From NCBI GenBank assembly GCA_964396535.1, contig CAYNFT010000001.1:1-59750 (forward strand): DNA of 59,750 bases, in the 5' to 3' direction. This stretch comes from an uncultured Dehalococcoidales bacterium. GTDB lineage: Bacteria; Chloroflexota; Dehalococcoidia; Dehalococcoidales; UBA2162. Positions 31,995 to 40,954 of the stretch are shown here, one piece after another. Both the position numbers and the translations under genes were made by a program. The notes beneath the pieces are model-generated. The model made no database searches and was not told where the DNA came from. It was given only the letters and a program-made list of their open reading frames with translations. How positions within the stretch are numbered: the stretch's first letter is position 1; the number at the start of each line of letters is the position of its first letter.

Positions 31995-32224
31995 AAGAGG
32001 GGCGGAGCCCCTTCAAAAACCATAGTTCCCCTTCCCTTTAAAAAGGGCTTTGCCCTAAAAGAACCATACCGCATGTCACCCTGAGCGTAGCGAAGGGTCT
32101 GGGGGTGGTGGGAACTGTATGTTTACTAATAACCCCACCCATAGATTCTTCGTCACTTCGTTCCTCAGAATGACATTTGAGGTAGGATTCTTAAAAAGGG
32201 GAAGGGGACAAAGGGGATAGGGTT
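31995..32224. repeat. two-hairpin repeat copy (R) whose hairpin A is split by a ~165 bp nested element
   Basis: gaagaggggc/gga/gccccttc, then 5' arm ccccttcccttt (32028-32040) ... 3' arm aaaggggaagggg (32205-32217), then acaaaggggatagggtta. Confidence 0.75.
32074..32175. repeat. nested inverted-repeat element of a second family (GTCACCCTGAGCG.AGCGAAGGGTC type)
   Basis: tgtcaccctgagcgtagcgaagggtctgggggtggtggg versus the reverse complement of ccccacccatagattcttcgtcacttcgttcctcagaatgaca. Confidence 0.6.
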
Positions 32225-32266
32225 ATTATATAATTTAATATATTAATCCTAAACAGGAGAGAATCT

Positions 32267-33514
32267 ATGCTTGACCTGAAATTTATCCGCGAAAACATAG
32301 ACCTGGTGCGGGAGGCAGTTAAAAAACGTCAGGATACAGCCCCGCTGGATGAAATCCTGGAGCTTGACTCGGAGCGCCGCCAGAAGATAATCGAACTGGA
32401 AGACTTAAGGCACGAGCGAAGAGAGGCCGCCCGGGCAAGAAAAAAGGATAAAGAATCTGCTGAAGAGGGGCGTGACCTGCGTACCATGATAAGGGGGTTG
32501 GAAGATGAGGTGAGGGGTCTGGATGCCACGCTGGAGGACCTGCTGCAACAGGTGCCTAATATTCCCCACCCCTTGGTTCCCACAGGCAAGAATGATAGTG
32601 ACAATGTCGTGGTGCGGTCGTGGGGAGATATACCGAGTTTTGATTTCCAGCCAGCCCCACACTGGGAACTGGGCGAGTCCCTGGGTATCATCGATTTTGA
32701 CAGGGGAGTAAAGATATCAGGCAGCCGTTTCTATGTGCTCAAGGGGCTGGGTGCACGCTTGCAGCGAGCCCTTATCGCCTTTATGCTCGACCTCCACACC
32801 AGCGAGCACGGTTACCTGGAGGTATACCCGCCTTTTATGGTTAAGAGGGAAACCATGGTAGGCTCCGGCAACCTGCCCAAATTTGCCGATAATCTATACC
32901 ACGATGAAGAAGATGACTTGTGGTTCGTGCCCACTGCTGAGGTGCCGGTCACCAACCTACACCGTGATGAAATCATCCTGCCGGGCATTTTACCCATATA
33001 TTACGTTGCCTATACTGCCTGCTTCCGCCGGGAAAAGATGTCGGCAGGGAAGGAGACCCGGGGCCTTAAACGGGGACATCAGTTTGACAAAGTGGAGATG
33101 TACAAGTTTGCCGAGCCGGAGACCTCATACGATGAGCTGGAGAAGATGGTCACCAATGCCGAAGATGTCTGCCAGAAACTCGGGCTTCCCTACCGGGTAA
33201 CGCAGCTTTGCACTGCCGAACTTGGCTTCGCTTCTGCCAAGTCCTACGACATTGAAATGTGGGCTCCGGGCGTTGAGGAGTGGCTGGAGGTAAGCTCCTG
33301 CTCAAACTGCACTGATTTCCAGGCCCGGCGAGCCAATATCCGCTACCGCCCCACCCCCGATGCCAGACCACAGTTCGTTCACACCCTCAACGGCTCAGGA
33401 CTGGCTTTGCCCAGGGTTATGATTGCCATAATGGAGAACTACCAGCAAGCCGACGGCAGCATCCGGGTCCCCGAAGTGCTGCAGGACTTTGTCGGGGCGA
33501 AGGTAATCAGATAA
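32267..33514 (+). CDS. serS: serine--tRNA ligase
   Basis: 415 aa. N-terminal coiled coil, FRREKMSAGKETRGLKRGHQF motif 2, GSGLALPR motif 3. Confidence 0.96.
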   Translation: MLDLKFIRENIDLVREAVKKRQDTAPLDEILELDSERRQKIIELEDLRHERREAARARKKDKESAEEGRDLRTMIRGLEDEVRGLDATLEDLLQQVPNIPHPLVPTGKNDSDNVVVRSWGDIPSFDFQPAPHWELGESLGIIDFDRGVKISGSRFYVLKGLGARLQRALIAFMLDLHTSEHGYLEVYPPFMVKRETMVGSGNLPKFADNLYHDEEDDLWFVPTAEVPVTNLHRDEIILPGILPIYYVAYTACFRREKMSAGKETRGLKRGHQFDKVEMYKFAEPETSYDELEKMVTNAEDVCQKLGLPYRVTQLCTAELGFASAKSYDIEMWAPGVEEWLEVSSCSNCTDFQARRANIRYRPTPDARPQFVHTLNGSGLALPRVMIAIMENYQQADGSIRVPEVLQDFVGAKVIR

Positions 33515-33649
33515 AAAGCAGCCTCAAACCTCGCTGACCGAGCGTTGCGCCAGAAACACTCCTGAAAGCTGAAAAACCATCGGTTTACCAGATTACTTGT
33601 TAAAACTGGTGAGATAATGTATATTATCCCAAACCCGGGAGGTGAGCTT

Positions 33650-33934
33650 ATGGCAAGCAAGATGTCTGAGGAGGAAATCTACGAAGAAGCCAGGAAGAGA
33701 GTTAAGGAGAAGAAGGACTTTTACGTCCACCTAGCTGTCTACATCTGCGTGAACGCATTCCTTATCGTTATCTAGGCAGTTCTGGCTGGTGGCGGATTCC
33801 CCTGGTTTATCTTCCCGTTAGGCGGCTGGGGCATTGGCCTCGTAGTCCACTTTCTTGAAGCCTTTGTCTTTAAAGGACAATCGAAGGCAGCAGTAGAAAA
33901 AGAGGCAGAGAAAATCAGACGAGAGCAAGAATAG
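33650..33934 (+). pseudogene. 2TM-domain membrane protein with in-frame TAG at codon 42
   Basis: SD ggaggtg. MASKMSEEEIYEEARKRVKEKKDFYVHLAVYICVNAFLIVI*AVLAGGGFPWFIFPLGGWGIGLVVHFLEAFVF... TAG = 33773-33775. Neither half appears in the ORF track. Confidence 0.55.
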
Positions 33935-34018
33935 CGAAATCGGCCGTAGTTTTGCCTTCAACTTACAACTATCTATAAAACTTCAAGCTACCTCAAACTT
34001 CACAGAGTTGGCAACTCT

Positions 34019-34354
34019 CTAATCGTTTCTGATCGGCAGCGGAACGAGCTTTCTCTTCGGTGTTCCTGTGAGTAGTGATTTCCCCACACGGACAATCCAT
34101 TTCCAGTGCAGAACCACGTGCAGAACAACCAGAGCCACTAAAGCTACAGCTACCCAGTCATGGATACCAATCCAGGTGTGTTTCGTCAGACCCCAGTAGG
34201 TGAGCTCGCCTATTCCACCCCCGCTACCCCAGCCACGGCCGCCACCTCCTCCGCTGGGAAAGCCAAACCACAAAACGAAACCCGTTACCGCTTCCACCAG
34301 ACCCAGCAGGGCTATAACTACAGCCAGAATCCAGTACTTTACGGCCTTTGTCAT
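34019..34354 (-). CDS. DUF4405-like membrane protein with Gly-rich loop
   Basis: ATG 34354 preceded by gaaggaga. MTKAVKYWILAVV..., GGGGGRGWGSGGG loop, HDWVAVALVALVVLHVVLHW. Confidence 0.55.
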   Translation of the reverse strand: MTKAVKYWILAVVIALLGLVEAVTGFVLWFGFPSGGGGGRGWGSGGGIGELTYWGLTKHTWIGIHDWVAVALVALVVLHVVLHWKWIVRVGKSLLTGTPKRKLVPLPIRND

Positions 34355-34523
34355 GTCAAAATCTCCTTCACAAACAACTATATAGGTTACAACCGAACAA
34401 CCTATATAATATAACGATGGTGAAATCAAAAAGTTACTTCTTTAAGGTTTTTCATCGGGATGTTTGTCCACTCATGAGTACTCGTGGATGATACCTTTTA
34501 GCTTTGTAATACCAAGGAAATAA

Positions 34524-34570
34524 GACTAATATGGAGCCCCCGGAATAAATCGGAGGGCTACATATTAGTC
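34524..34570 (-). terminator. long hairpin just after the collagen-like gene
   Basis: gactaatatggagccc / agggctacatattagtc (one mismatch), T-rich on the minus strand afterwards. Confidence 0.5.
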
Positions 34571-34579
34571 ACCTCTTAT

Positions 34580-35338
34580 TTATAGCTTGGTGACACTATC
34601 GCTGAAATAATTGGCCACCCAGATGTTGGCTCCGTCAAAGCAGATACCTCGGGGACTGTCGCCCACGGAGTAGGTGCCGATGAAGTCGCCGTTGCTGGCC
34701 CTTAGCTTGGTGACATCATCGCTATTAGAATTGGCCACCCAGATGTTGGCTCCGTCAAAGCAGATACCCCAAGGAGCGTCGCCCACGGAGTAGGTGCCAA
34801 CAGAAGAACCGTCGCTAGCGTCTAGTTTGGTTACAGTATTGTCCCATAAATTAGTAACCCAGATGTTGGCTCCGTCAAAGCAGATACCCCAAGGAGCGTC
34901 GCCCACGGAGTAGGTGCCAACAGAAGAACCGTCGCTAGCGTCTAGTTTGGTTACAGTATTGTCCCATAAATTAGTAACCCAGATGTTGGCTCCGTCAAAA
35001 CAGATACTTTGGGGATCGAAACCAGCGGTGAATGTGTTGCTGGCTTCACTTGCTTCGTACCAGCGCAACGTAGCAATCTGGAGGGGATTCAAGGATGCTC
35101 CTGGTGGTCCCTCAATTCCTTGTGGACCTTGGATACCCTGCTCTCCTTGAGGTCCCCGTTCTCCTCGAGGACCTACTGGTCCTTCGTGTCCTTGGATACC
35201 CTGTTCCCCTTGAAGACCTTGAGGTCCTGTAGGACCTGCTATTCCCTGCTCACCTGTACATCCAATAACCGATGATGCAAGTAGAGCAACGAGAATAATG
35301 ATTGCGGATAGCTTACCTAAATGATTCATATTACCCAT
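34580..35338 (-). CDS. lipoprotein with collagen-like G-x-y triple-helix segment and NHL/beta-propeller-like 40-aa repeats
   Basis: Signal peptide plus VIGC lipobox. About 18 G-x-y triplets ([19 protein letters not shown]...). Five [10 protein letters not shown](T/A)N...TKL blades. Confidence 0.8.
   Translation of the reverse strand: MGNMNHLGKLSAIIILVALLASSVIGCTGEQGIAGPTGPQGLQGEQGIQGHEGPVGPRGERGPQGEQGIQGPQGIEGPPGASLNPLQIATLRWYEASEASNTFTAGFDPQSICFDGANIWVTNLWDNTVTKLDASDGSSVGTYSVGDAPWGICFDGANIWVTNLWDNTVTKLDASDGSSVGTYSVGDAPWGICFDGANIWVANSNSDDVTKLRASNGDFIGTYSVGDSPRGICFDGANIWVANYFSDSVTKL
34741..34980. repeat. perfect 2 x 120 bp tandem duplication inside the propeller repeats
   Basis: 34741-34860 is identical base for base to 34861-34980. 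Confidence 0.95.
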
Positions 35339-35400
35339 CCTTTCATATAGCTATCTATACGTATTATACTCCACTAGTAAATACTTGAAATAGCTATACA

Positions 35401-35437
35401 AAAAGAGATAAAGAAAAGGGGAGCTAAATAGCTCCCC
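35401..35437 (-). terminator. intrinsic terminator downstream of the P-type ATPase
   Basis: ggggagct/aaat/agctcccc. The minus strand continues ttttctttatctctttt. Confidence 0.7.
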
Positions 35438-35562
35438 AATAAGTATTAAACTAGATAGGATTCTAGCTCCATTGTACGAACATAGGAATGACTTCATGGA
35501 AGCATGTTCCCCCGGCAACAAGACCCAGACGTCATGGGGGAACTACCGTAACCAGCCTCCCC

Positions 35563-38244
35563 TCACAAGCGACGACGAACCAGTTTGTCAAGCTCCACTA
35601 CCATCACCACAGAAAGGGCTATCATGGTCAGCCTGCTCCATGTCTGCAAAGTCAGAGGTTCGACTCCGAGCAAGAACTGCGTCGGTGCGAAATACATTGC
35701 CCCAAGATGGATGAGGAAAGAGAGTACTGTACCGATGAGAAGAAACCGGTTGGAAAGCGGGCTTCTGCTAAACAGTGACTGCTCTTCGGAGCGGCAGTTA
35801 AACACATGAAATAGCTGGAACATTACCAGAGTAGTGAGAGCAGCTACTCGAGCGTATTCCAGGGTAGCACCACCATTTCGCTCCCAGATGAACATTCCCA
35901 GCGTTCCGGCAGCCATGACCAACCCTACTGCCAGCCCACGCTGTATGAGAGCACGAGACAGAATTCCCTCCGCCGGGTCGCGGGGCGGTTTTTGGAATTG
36001 TGCCACTTCTCCCGGTTCAAAAGCCAGAGCCACATCTTCGACTCCGTTTGTGACCAGATTGAGCCATAAAATCTGGGCGGGCAGAAGTGGTAGCGGGAGC
36101 CGCATAGCCAGACTTACCAGAATGGTAACAATCTCACCGATACCTGATGAAATCAGGAAAAACGTAGCCTTGCGAATGTTTGAGAAGGATGTTCGTCCCT
36201 CTTCCACCGCAGCATATATAGTGGCGAAGTTGTCATCCGTCAGCACCATCTCGCTGGCTTCCTTGGCAACGTCAGTGCCTGCCTGACCCATTGCCGCCCC
36301 AATGTGGGCGGCTTTCAAGGCTGGAGCATCATTTACTCCATCCCCGGTGACGGCAACAATGTGTCCCAGCCGGCGTAGAGTATTCACCAGTCTCAGCTTC
36401 TGGGACGGACTTACCCTGGCGTAAACGGAGACACTCTGGACAATCTTATCCAGTTCTTCGTCGGATAACGCTTCCAGTTCAACACCAGTGCAAACCTCAG
36501 GGACTCCCTTGCTTATACCAACCTTCTGGGCGATGGCTGCTGCTGTGGTGGGATTGTCCCCGGTAACCATCATTACTCTAATACCTGCCCGGTGGCAGGC
36601 GGCCACGGCCTCCATAGCCTCTTCACGCGGCGGATCTATCATACCCTGGAGACCAAGGAAAGTAAGCCCTTTTGGTTCTCCTTTAAGCACAGCCTCAGCC
36701 ACTTCTTCGCCTTTGCCCATCGCCATGGCCAGCACTCGAAGACCCTCGCGTGCCAGATTATCAGCCTCCTGCAGTACCTCATCACCATTCAATTCCTGTA
36801 GTCCCTTTGAATCAATTACCTTATCACTCATCGTTACCAGTCTTTCTGCCGCCCCTTTGAGAAATACCAGCTTCTCTCCATCATGTCTGTGCACAGTTGC
36901 CGAGAATCGCTCCTTGGGGTCAAAAGGCACCTCATCTACTACGGGGTAGTCCTTGAGGAGTTCCTCCCTCCAGAGTCCTGCCATGGCACCGCTTACCAGC
37001 AGGGCTGCTTCCGTTGGGTCGCCTTCTGAGATAAGGTTATCACCCTCACGGTGCAAAGATGCCTGGTTTGCCAGAACTCCCGCCAGCAGAGTGAGATACA
37101 GAGGTGTACCTTCCATCGGCTGCACATCCTGGCTATTCTGCCCGTTTTCTTGATTACGAGACAGACCTTCCTTGCTGATAGAAAAACCTGTATCTGCCGT
37201 CCATACGGACTGCACCGTCATCCGATTTTGGGTCAGGGTGCCCGTCTTGTCCGACAGGATGACGGTACAGCTACCCAGCGTCTCCACAGCGGGCAAGCGA
37301 CGCAGAATAGCCTTGCGTTTGGCCATACGCCTTACACCCACTGCCAGCGCAACGCTCATCACTACAGGCAGCCCTTCGGGAATGGCAGATACAGCAAGGC
37401 TCACGGTGGTAAGGAACATCTCTTTCAGGGGCTCACCAATGCCAATTCCTATGCCAAAGACAATGGCGGCGGCTCCAACAACGGCCAGGCTAATCCAGCG
37501 GCCAAACCTCTTCATGCGTGTCTGAAGAGGGGTTTCTGCTCTTCTCGTACCAATTATACCCTCAGCAATCGCTCCCATTTCGGTTCGGTGACCGGTCGCC
37601 ACGACAACCCCCGCACCTCTACCTGAAGTGACAGCGGTGCCCATAAAGGCAAGGTTTTCCTGGTCGGCAAGCGCGATAACACTGCCTTCGGGGTATGGTT
37701 CGAAGATTTTCATTGAGGGAATAGACTCGCCCGTAAGCATAGATTCGTCTATCTGGAGACGGGTGGACTCAATGAGTCTTATGTCTGCGGGTACGACGTC
37801 TCCTTCGTCCAGCAATACAATGTCTCCGGGAACGAGATTAATGCTATCTATCTCTGTTTCCTGCCCGTTACGTCGGACATTTGCTCTTGGTTCGCCCAGG
37901 CGTATAAGGGCATTAATAGCATTCTCAGCTCTATTCTCCTGAGTGAAGCCAATTACAGTGTTAAAGACAATAATAGCCCCTATTACGATAGCATCAGTCC
38001 AGTGCTGGATAGCCAGTGTAATCGCCATAGCTGCCAGTAGAATGTATATCAGGGGGCTGGTAATCTGATTCAGGAGAATCTTCCAGGTGCTGACCTCTCC
38101 ACCACTCTCTATCCGGTTAGGTCCGTATTGCTTGAGACGGTCCTCTACCTGCTTGTCGGAGAGACCATCCTGGCTTGTTTCCAGTTCTGATAGAGCACTC
38201 TCGGGCGAAACAACGTACCAGAGTTTGCGATTTTCTTTGCCCAT
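35563..38244 (-). CDS. cation-transporting P-type ATPase (P2/Ca2+-Mg2+-like)
   Basis: 893 aa with TGES, DKTGTLT, TGDN, GDGVNDAPAL and 10 TM segments. Confidence 0.93.
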   Translation of the reverse strand: MGKENRKLWYVVSPESALSELETSQDGLSDKQVEDRLKQYGPNRIESGGEVSTWKILLNQITSPLIYILLAAMAITLAIQHWTDAIVIGAIIVFNTVIGFTQENRAENAINALIRLGEPRANVRRNGQETEIDSINLVPGDIVLLDEGDVVPADIRLIESTRLQIDESMLTGESIPSMKIFEPYPEGSVIALADQENLAFMGTAVTSGRGAGVVVATGHRTEMGAIAEGIIGTRRAETPLQTRMKRFGRWISLAVVGAAAIVFGIGIGIGEPLKEMFLTTVSLAVSAIPEGLPVVMSVALAVGVRRMAKRKAILRRLPAVETLGSCTVILSDKTGTLTQNRMTVQSVWTADTGFSISKEGLSRNQENGQNSQDVQPMEGTPLYLTLLAGVLANQASLHREGDNLISEGDPTEAALLVSGAMAGLWREELLKDYPVVDEVPFDPKERFSATVHRHDGEKLVFLKGAAERLVTMSDKVIDSKGLQELNGDEVLQEADNLAREGLRVLAMAMGKGEEVAEAVLKGEPKGLTFLGLQGMIDPPREEAMEAVAACHRAGIRVMMVTGDNPTTAAAIAQKVGISKGVPEVCTGVELEALSDEELDKIVQSVSVYARVSPSQKLRLVNTLRRLGHIVAVTGDGVNDAPALKAAHIGAAMGQAGTDVAKEASEMVLTDDNFATIYAAVEEGRTSFSNIRKATFFLISSGIGEIVTILVSLAMRLPLPLLPAQILWLNLVTNGVEDVALAFEPGEVAQFQKPPRDPAEGILSRALIQRGLAVGLVMAAGTLGMFIWERNGGATLEYARVAALTTLVMFQLFHVFNCRSEEQSLFSRSPLSNRFLLIGTVLSFLIHLGAMYFAPTQFLLGVEPLTLQTWSRLTMIALSVVMVVELDKLVRRRL

Positions 38245-38306
38245 AACCCTTCTATGATATTAGAAGTCATGGTTAATGTCCATCTGGATACAAGGAGATT
38301 GTTTAT

Positions 38307-38370
38307 CAACCCCACACCGCTAATTTTTATAACCCTATCCCCCTAACCCTCTTCCCTTAATGGCGTATTA
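38307..38370. repeat. half copy of the repeat family (tail plus 5' arm of hairpin A)
   Basis: caaccccacaccgctaatttttataaccctatcccc matches the reverse complement of the copy-2 tail. Confidence 0.6.
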
Positions 38371-38502
38371 CTATGGTGAAATAGCTTTGAGGACCTCCGT
38401 GTTTAGCTTAGCGGCGGTGTCTGGCTTAATGAATTGATGTTTATTGCGTAGGCTTAATAAAAGTTATCCGACTAAACAAGGTTAAAAGGGAGGTTTTTAA
38501 TT

Positions 38503-38715
38503 ATGGCTAAAGAGAAACCTAATCCAGTCTCAAGGCAAGAATCCCTTAAGGATGCCGATTTAAAGGTGGTGAGCCCGCTCGGCGAGGTGACTATTGAGGA
38601 GGGAACCATGGCGCCTCGCCTTGATACTCTGGAGGGCAAGACGATTTGTTTGACTGGAGTTGCTATTGACAAATTTGTAAAAAGGAGTATACTCAAGGTC
38701 AAGTATGTGACATAA
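38503..38715 (+). pseudogene. N-terminal fragment of a UGSC-family (seleno)protein gene
   Basis: SD aagggagg. ...VVSPLGEVTIEEGTMAPRLDTLEGKTICL follows the family N-terminus as I remember it. Similarity ends near 38655 and the frame stops at 38715. Confidence 0.5.
38666..38693 (+). promoter_or_regulatory. sigma70-like promoter TTGACA-N16-TATACT at the left edge of the insert
   Basis: TTGACA 38666-38671, TATACT 38688-38693. Confidence 0.4.
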
Positions 38716-39144
38716 GTGAAGAAATAGCTTAAAGCCAGAGAGAGAAGGTTTTGTGCAAAGAAGGGCATCAGGATCGCTAGTTTTTAGCGGTAGCTGGTGC
38801 CCTCTTTAAGTTTGATAGGGACAATTTACCAGCAATAACCAGGTATATCTTGGGAAGGATTAGTGGGAAAATAGGCAACGAAAGAAGAACTAAAGAGCTG
38901 GCTCTGCCGGGGGAAACCAGGGTGCTGAGTATAGGCAGCTCATATCAGCTTAAATAGTATCCATACCCCTCCCGTGACTGGAGCCCTGGAGGTAATCGGG
39001 CTTGGCAGCAGGGCCAGCCAAGGAGGTGATGCCTTTGAAGTAATGTAAATGAACTAGTCAAAGACCAAAGTGTACTGGATGATAACGTTGAGAAAAGGCT
39101 GATTAGTATTGATTTTTTACAAAAAGAGAGGAGGTGAAAAGAGA

Positions 39145-40893
39145 ATGAAAAAGAAAGTCATCTGGATGCTGGTGAGCTGTTTGATGGTGTTATCCCTGGT
39201 GATAGCATCCTGTGGTCCGGCGGAAGAAGAGGGGGAAGTAGAGGGGGAAGTAGAGGAAGAAACAGAATTGCTGCCAGAAGCACCGAAGTATGGCGGCATA
39301 TTCACCGCAGCGCAGACCAGTGATACCAGCAACTGGGACGCCGGCACCGGTTTTGACCTGCTGGGCTTCCAGATTTCGATCACGAACGAGCCACTTATGG
39401 CCGGGGACTGGGCAAAGGGACCAGCGGGCACCGGTGAGACCGATTGGCTGTTCGGCTCAGTTGGATATGCAGACATGTCCACTGGTCAGTTGGCAGAGAG
39501 CTACGAGATCCCCGACAATGAGACCCTTATCTTCCATATACGGAAGGGGGTCAAGTGGTGGGACAAGCCGCCGGCCAACGGCCGCGAGCTCACTGCCGAT
39601 GATGTTGTCTGGAATATCCAGACGCAATGGGCTCTTGACACTGGTAACTTCAAGGCTTTTTTCCCGCCGGAAGAGCGGCTGATATCAGTGGAGGCGCTCG
39701 ATAGATATACCGTCAAACTCACGGTTCCGCTGAACACACAGGGGGTCCATTTCTGGGAGGATGGCCAGCGCTGTTACATAATGCTGCCTGAGTTATACCC
39801 AAACCAGAAAGAATGGGAGAATGCCCTGGGTACGGGAGCCTTCATGGTCACGGACTACACTCCTGGCAGTGGGATAGAAATGGAAAGGAATCCCAACTAC
39901 TGGCAGACTGACCCGAGCGGCCCGGGCGAAGGAAATCAATTACCTTATCTTGATGGCCTCAAGTTTCTCATCATACCAGACCTGTCCATGCGGCTGGCGT
40001 CCTTCCGTACGGGAAAGCTCGATATGCTTAGTGTTACCTTGGAGCAATGGGAAGACTTGCAGAGGACTATGAATTACGAGTTCGAGTATATTCACACCTA
40101 CAGCAGCGTCGCCCTGCCGACCGGCAGACAGGACAAAGGCCTGCCTTTCAATGACGTCAGGGTAAGGCAGGCGATGAATCTGGCTGTTGACAAGGTAACC
40201 ATACTGAATGATTACTATAAAGGACAAGGTGAACTTTTGGGCTGGCCGTACTATAACACCCCCGCTTTCTCGGACCTGTATATTCCGCTGGAGGAACTAC
40301 CGCCGAACGTGCAGGAACTGGTCAGAGGCGGAAACCCAGAAAAGGCGAGACAGCTTTTGACTGAGGCAGGGTATCCTAACGGTTTCAAGACAAACATTTA
40401 CTCAAATTCACCCCAAGCTACAGACATCCTATCCATCCTTAAAGCAGATCTATCCAAAGTCGGTATCGACATGGAGATCAGGCAGGTCGAAGGATCGGTG
40501 TACCGCAGCATGGACCGGGGCCGGACGTGGGAGGAGATGTGGTACAAAGGGGCCAAGCAGAATTTCCTGCCCCACTACATGTTCGAGCTTCGTCCCGAAT
40601 CCAACGATTGCGCCTCGTTCTTCGAAAGCTCGAAAGTCAGGGCTGTTTTAGAGACCATCAACAAGTATCTGGCAGTGGATGATCAGGCATGGCGAAGCGC
40701 TCTCAAGGACATCACACCGTACATGCTCGAACAATCCATTGGTATATGGATGCCGGTGGCGTACGGTTATAGCTGCTGGCAGCCATGGCTGAAGAACTAC
40801 TATGGTGCCACTCGTTTGGGCGCTTACCTTCCTTATCATCATACCTATTACAACTGGATCGACGTTGACCTGAAGAAGTCTATGGGATACTAG
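39145..40893 (+). CDS. ABC transporter substrate-binding lipoprotein (family 5, peptide/nickel type), orphan
   Basis: SD gaggaggtg. MKKKVIWMLVSCLMVLSLVIASCG lipobox, acidic linker, ~550 aa SBP_bac_5-like body. No permease or ATPase gene nearby. Confidence 0.85.
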   Translation: MKKKVIWMLVSCLMVLSLVIASCGPAEEEGEVEGEVEEETELLPEAPKYGGIFTAAQTSDTSNWDAGTGFDLLGFQISITNEPLMAGDWAKGPAGTGETDWLFGSVGYADMSTGQLAESYEIPDNETLIFHIRKGVKWWDKPPANGRELTADDVVWNIQTQWALDTGNFKAFFPPEERLISVEALDRYTVKLTVPLNTQGVHFWEDGQRCYIMLPELYPNQKEWENALGTGAFMVTDYTPGSGIEMERNPNYWQTDPSGPGEGNQLPYLDGLKFLIIPDLSMRLASFRTGKLDMLSVTLEQWEDLQRTMNYEFEYIHTYSSVALPTGRQDKGLPFNDVRVRQAMNLAVDKVTILNDYYKGQGELLGWPYYNTPAFSDLYIPLEELPPNVQELVRGGNPEKARQLLTEAGYPNGFKTNIYSNSPQATDILSILKADLSKVGIDMEIRQVEGSVYRSMDRGRTWEEMWYKGAKQNFLPHYMFELRPESNDCASFFESSKVRAVLETINKYLAVDDQAWRSALKDITPYMLEQSIGIWMPVAYGYSCWQPWLKNYYGATRLGAYLPYHHTYYNWIDVDLKKSMGY

Positions 40894-40954
40894 GTCGGGC
40901 ATCGTAGAGACAGTCGAATGGGTGTGAAATAAGTCTTGTTGTTAATAAAAGTAG

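Noticed and set aside
35585-37942. Series of long plus-strand ORFs (74-191 aa) inside the P-type ATPase, and similar antisense ORFs in carB, trpD, proB, aor and the giant repeat gene
   Set aside because: These are shadow ORFs opposite strongly supported conserved genes. They have low-complexity Ser/Pro/Arg-rich translations and no SDs.
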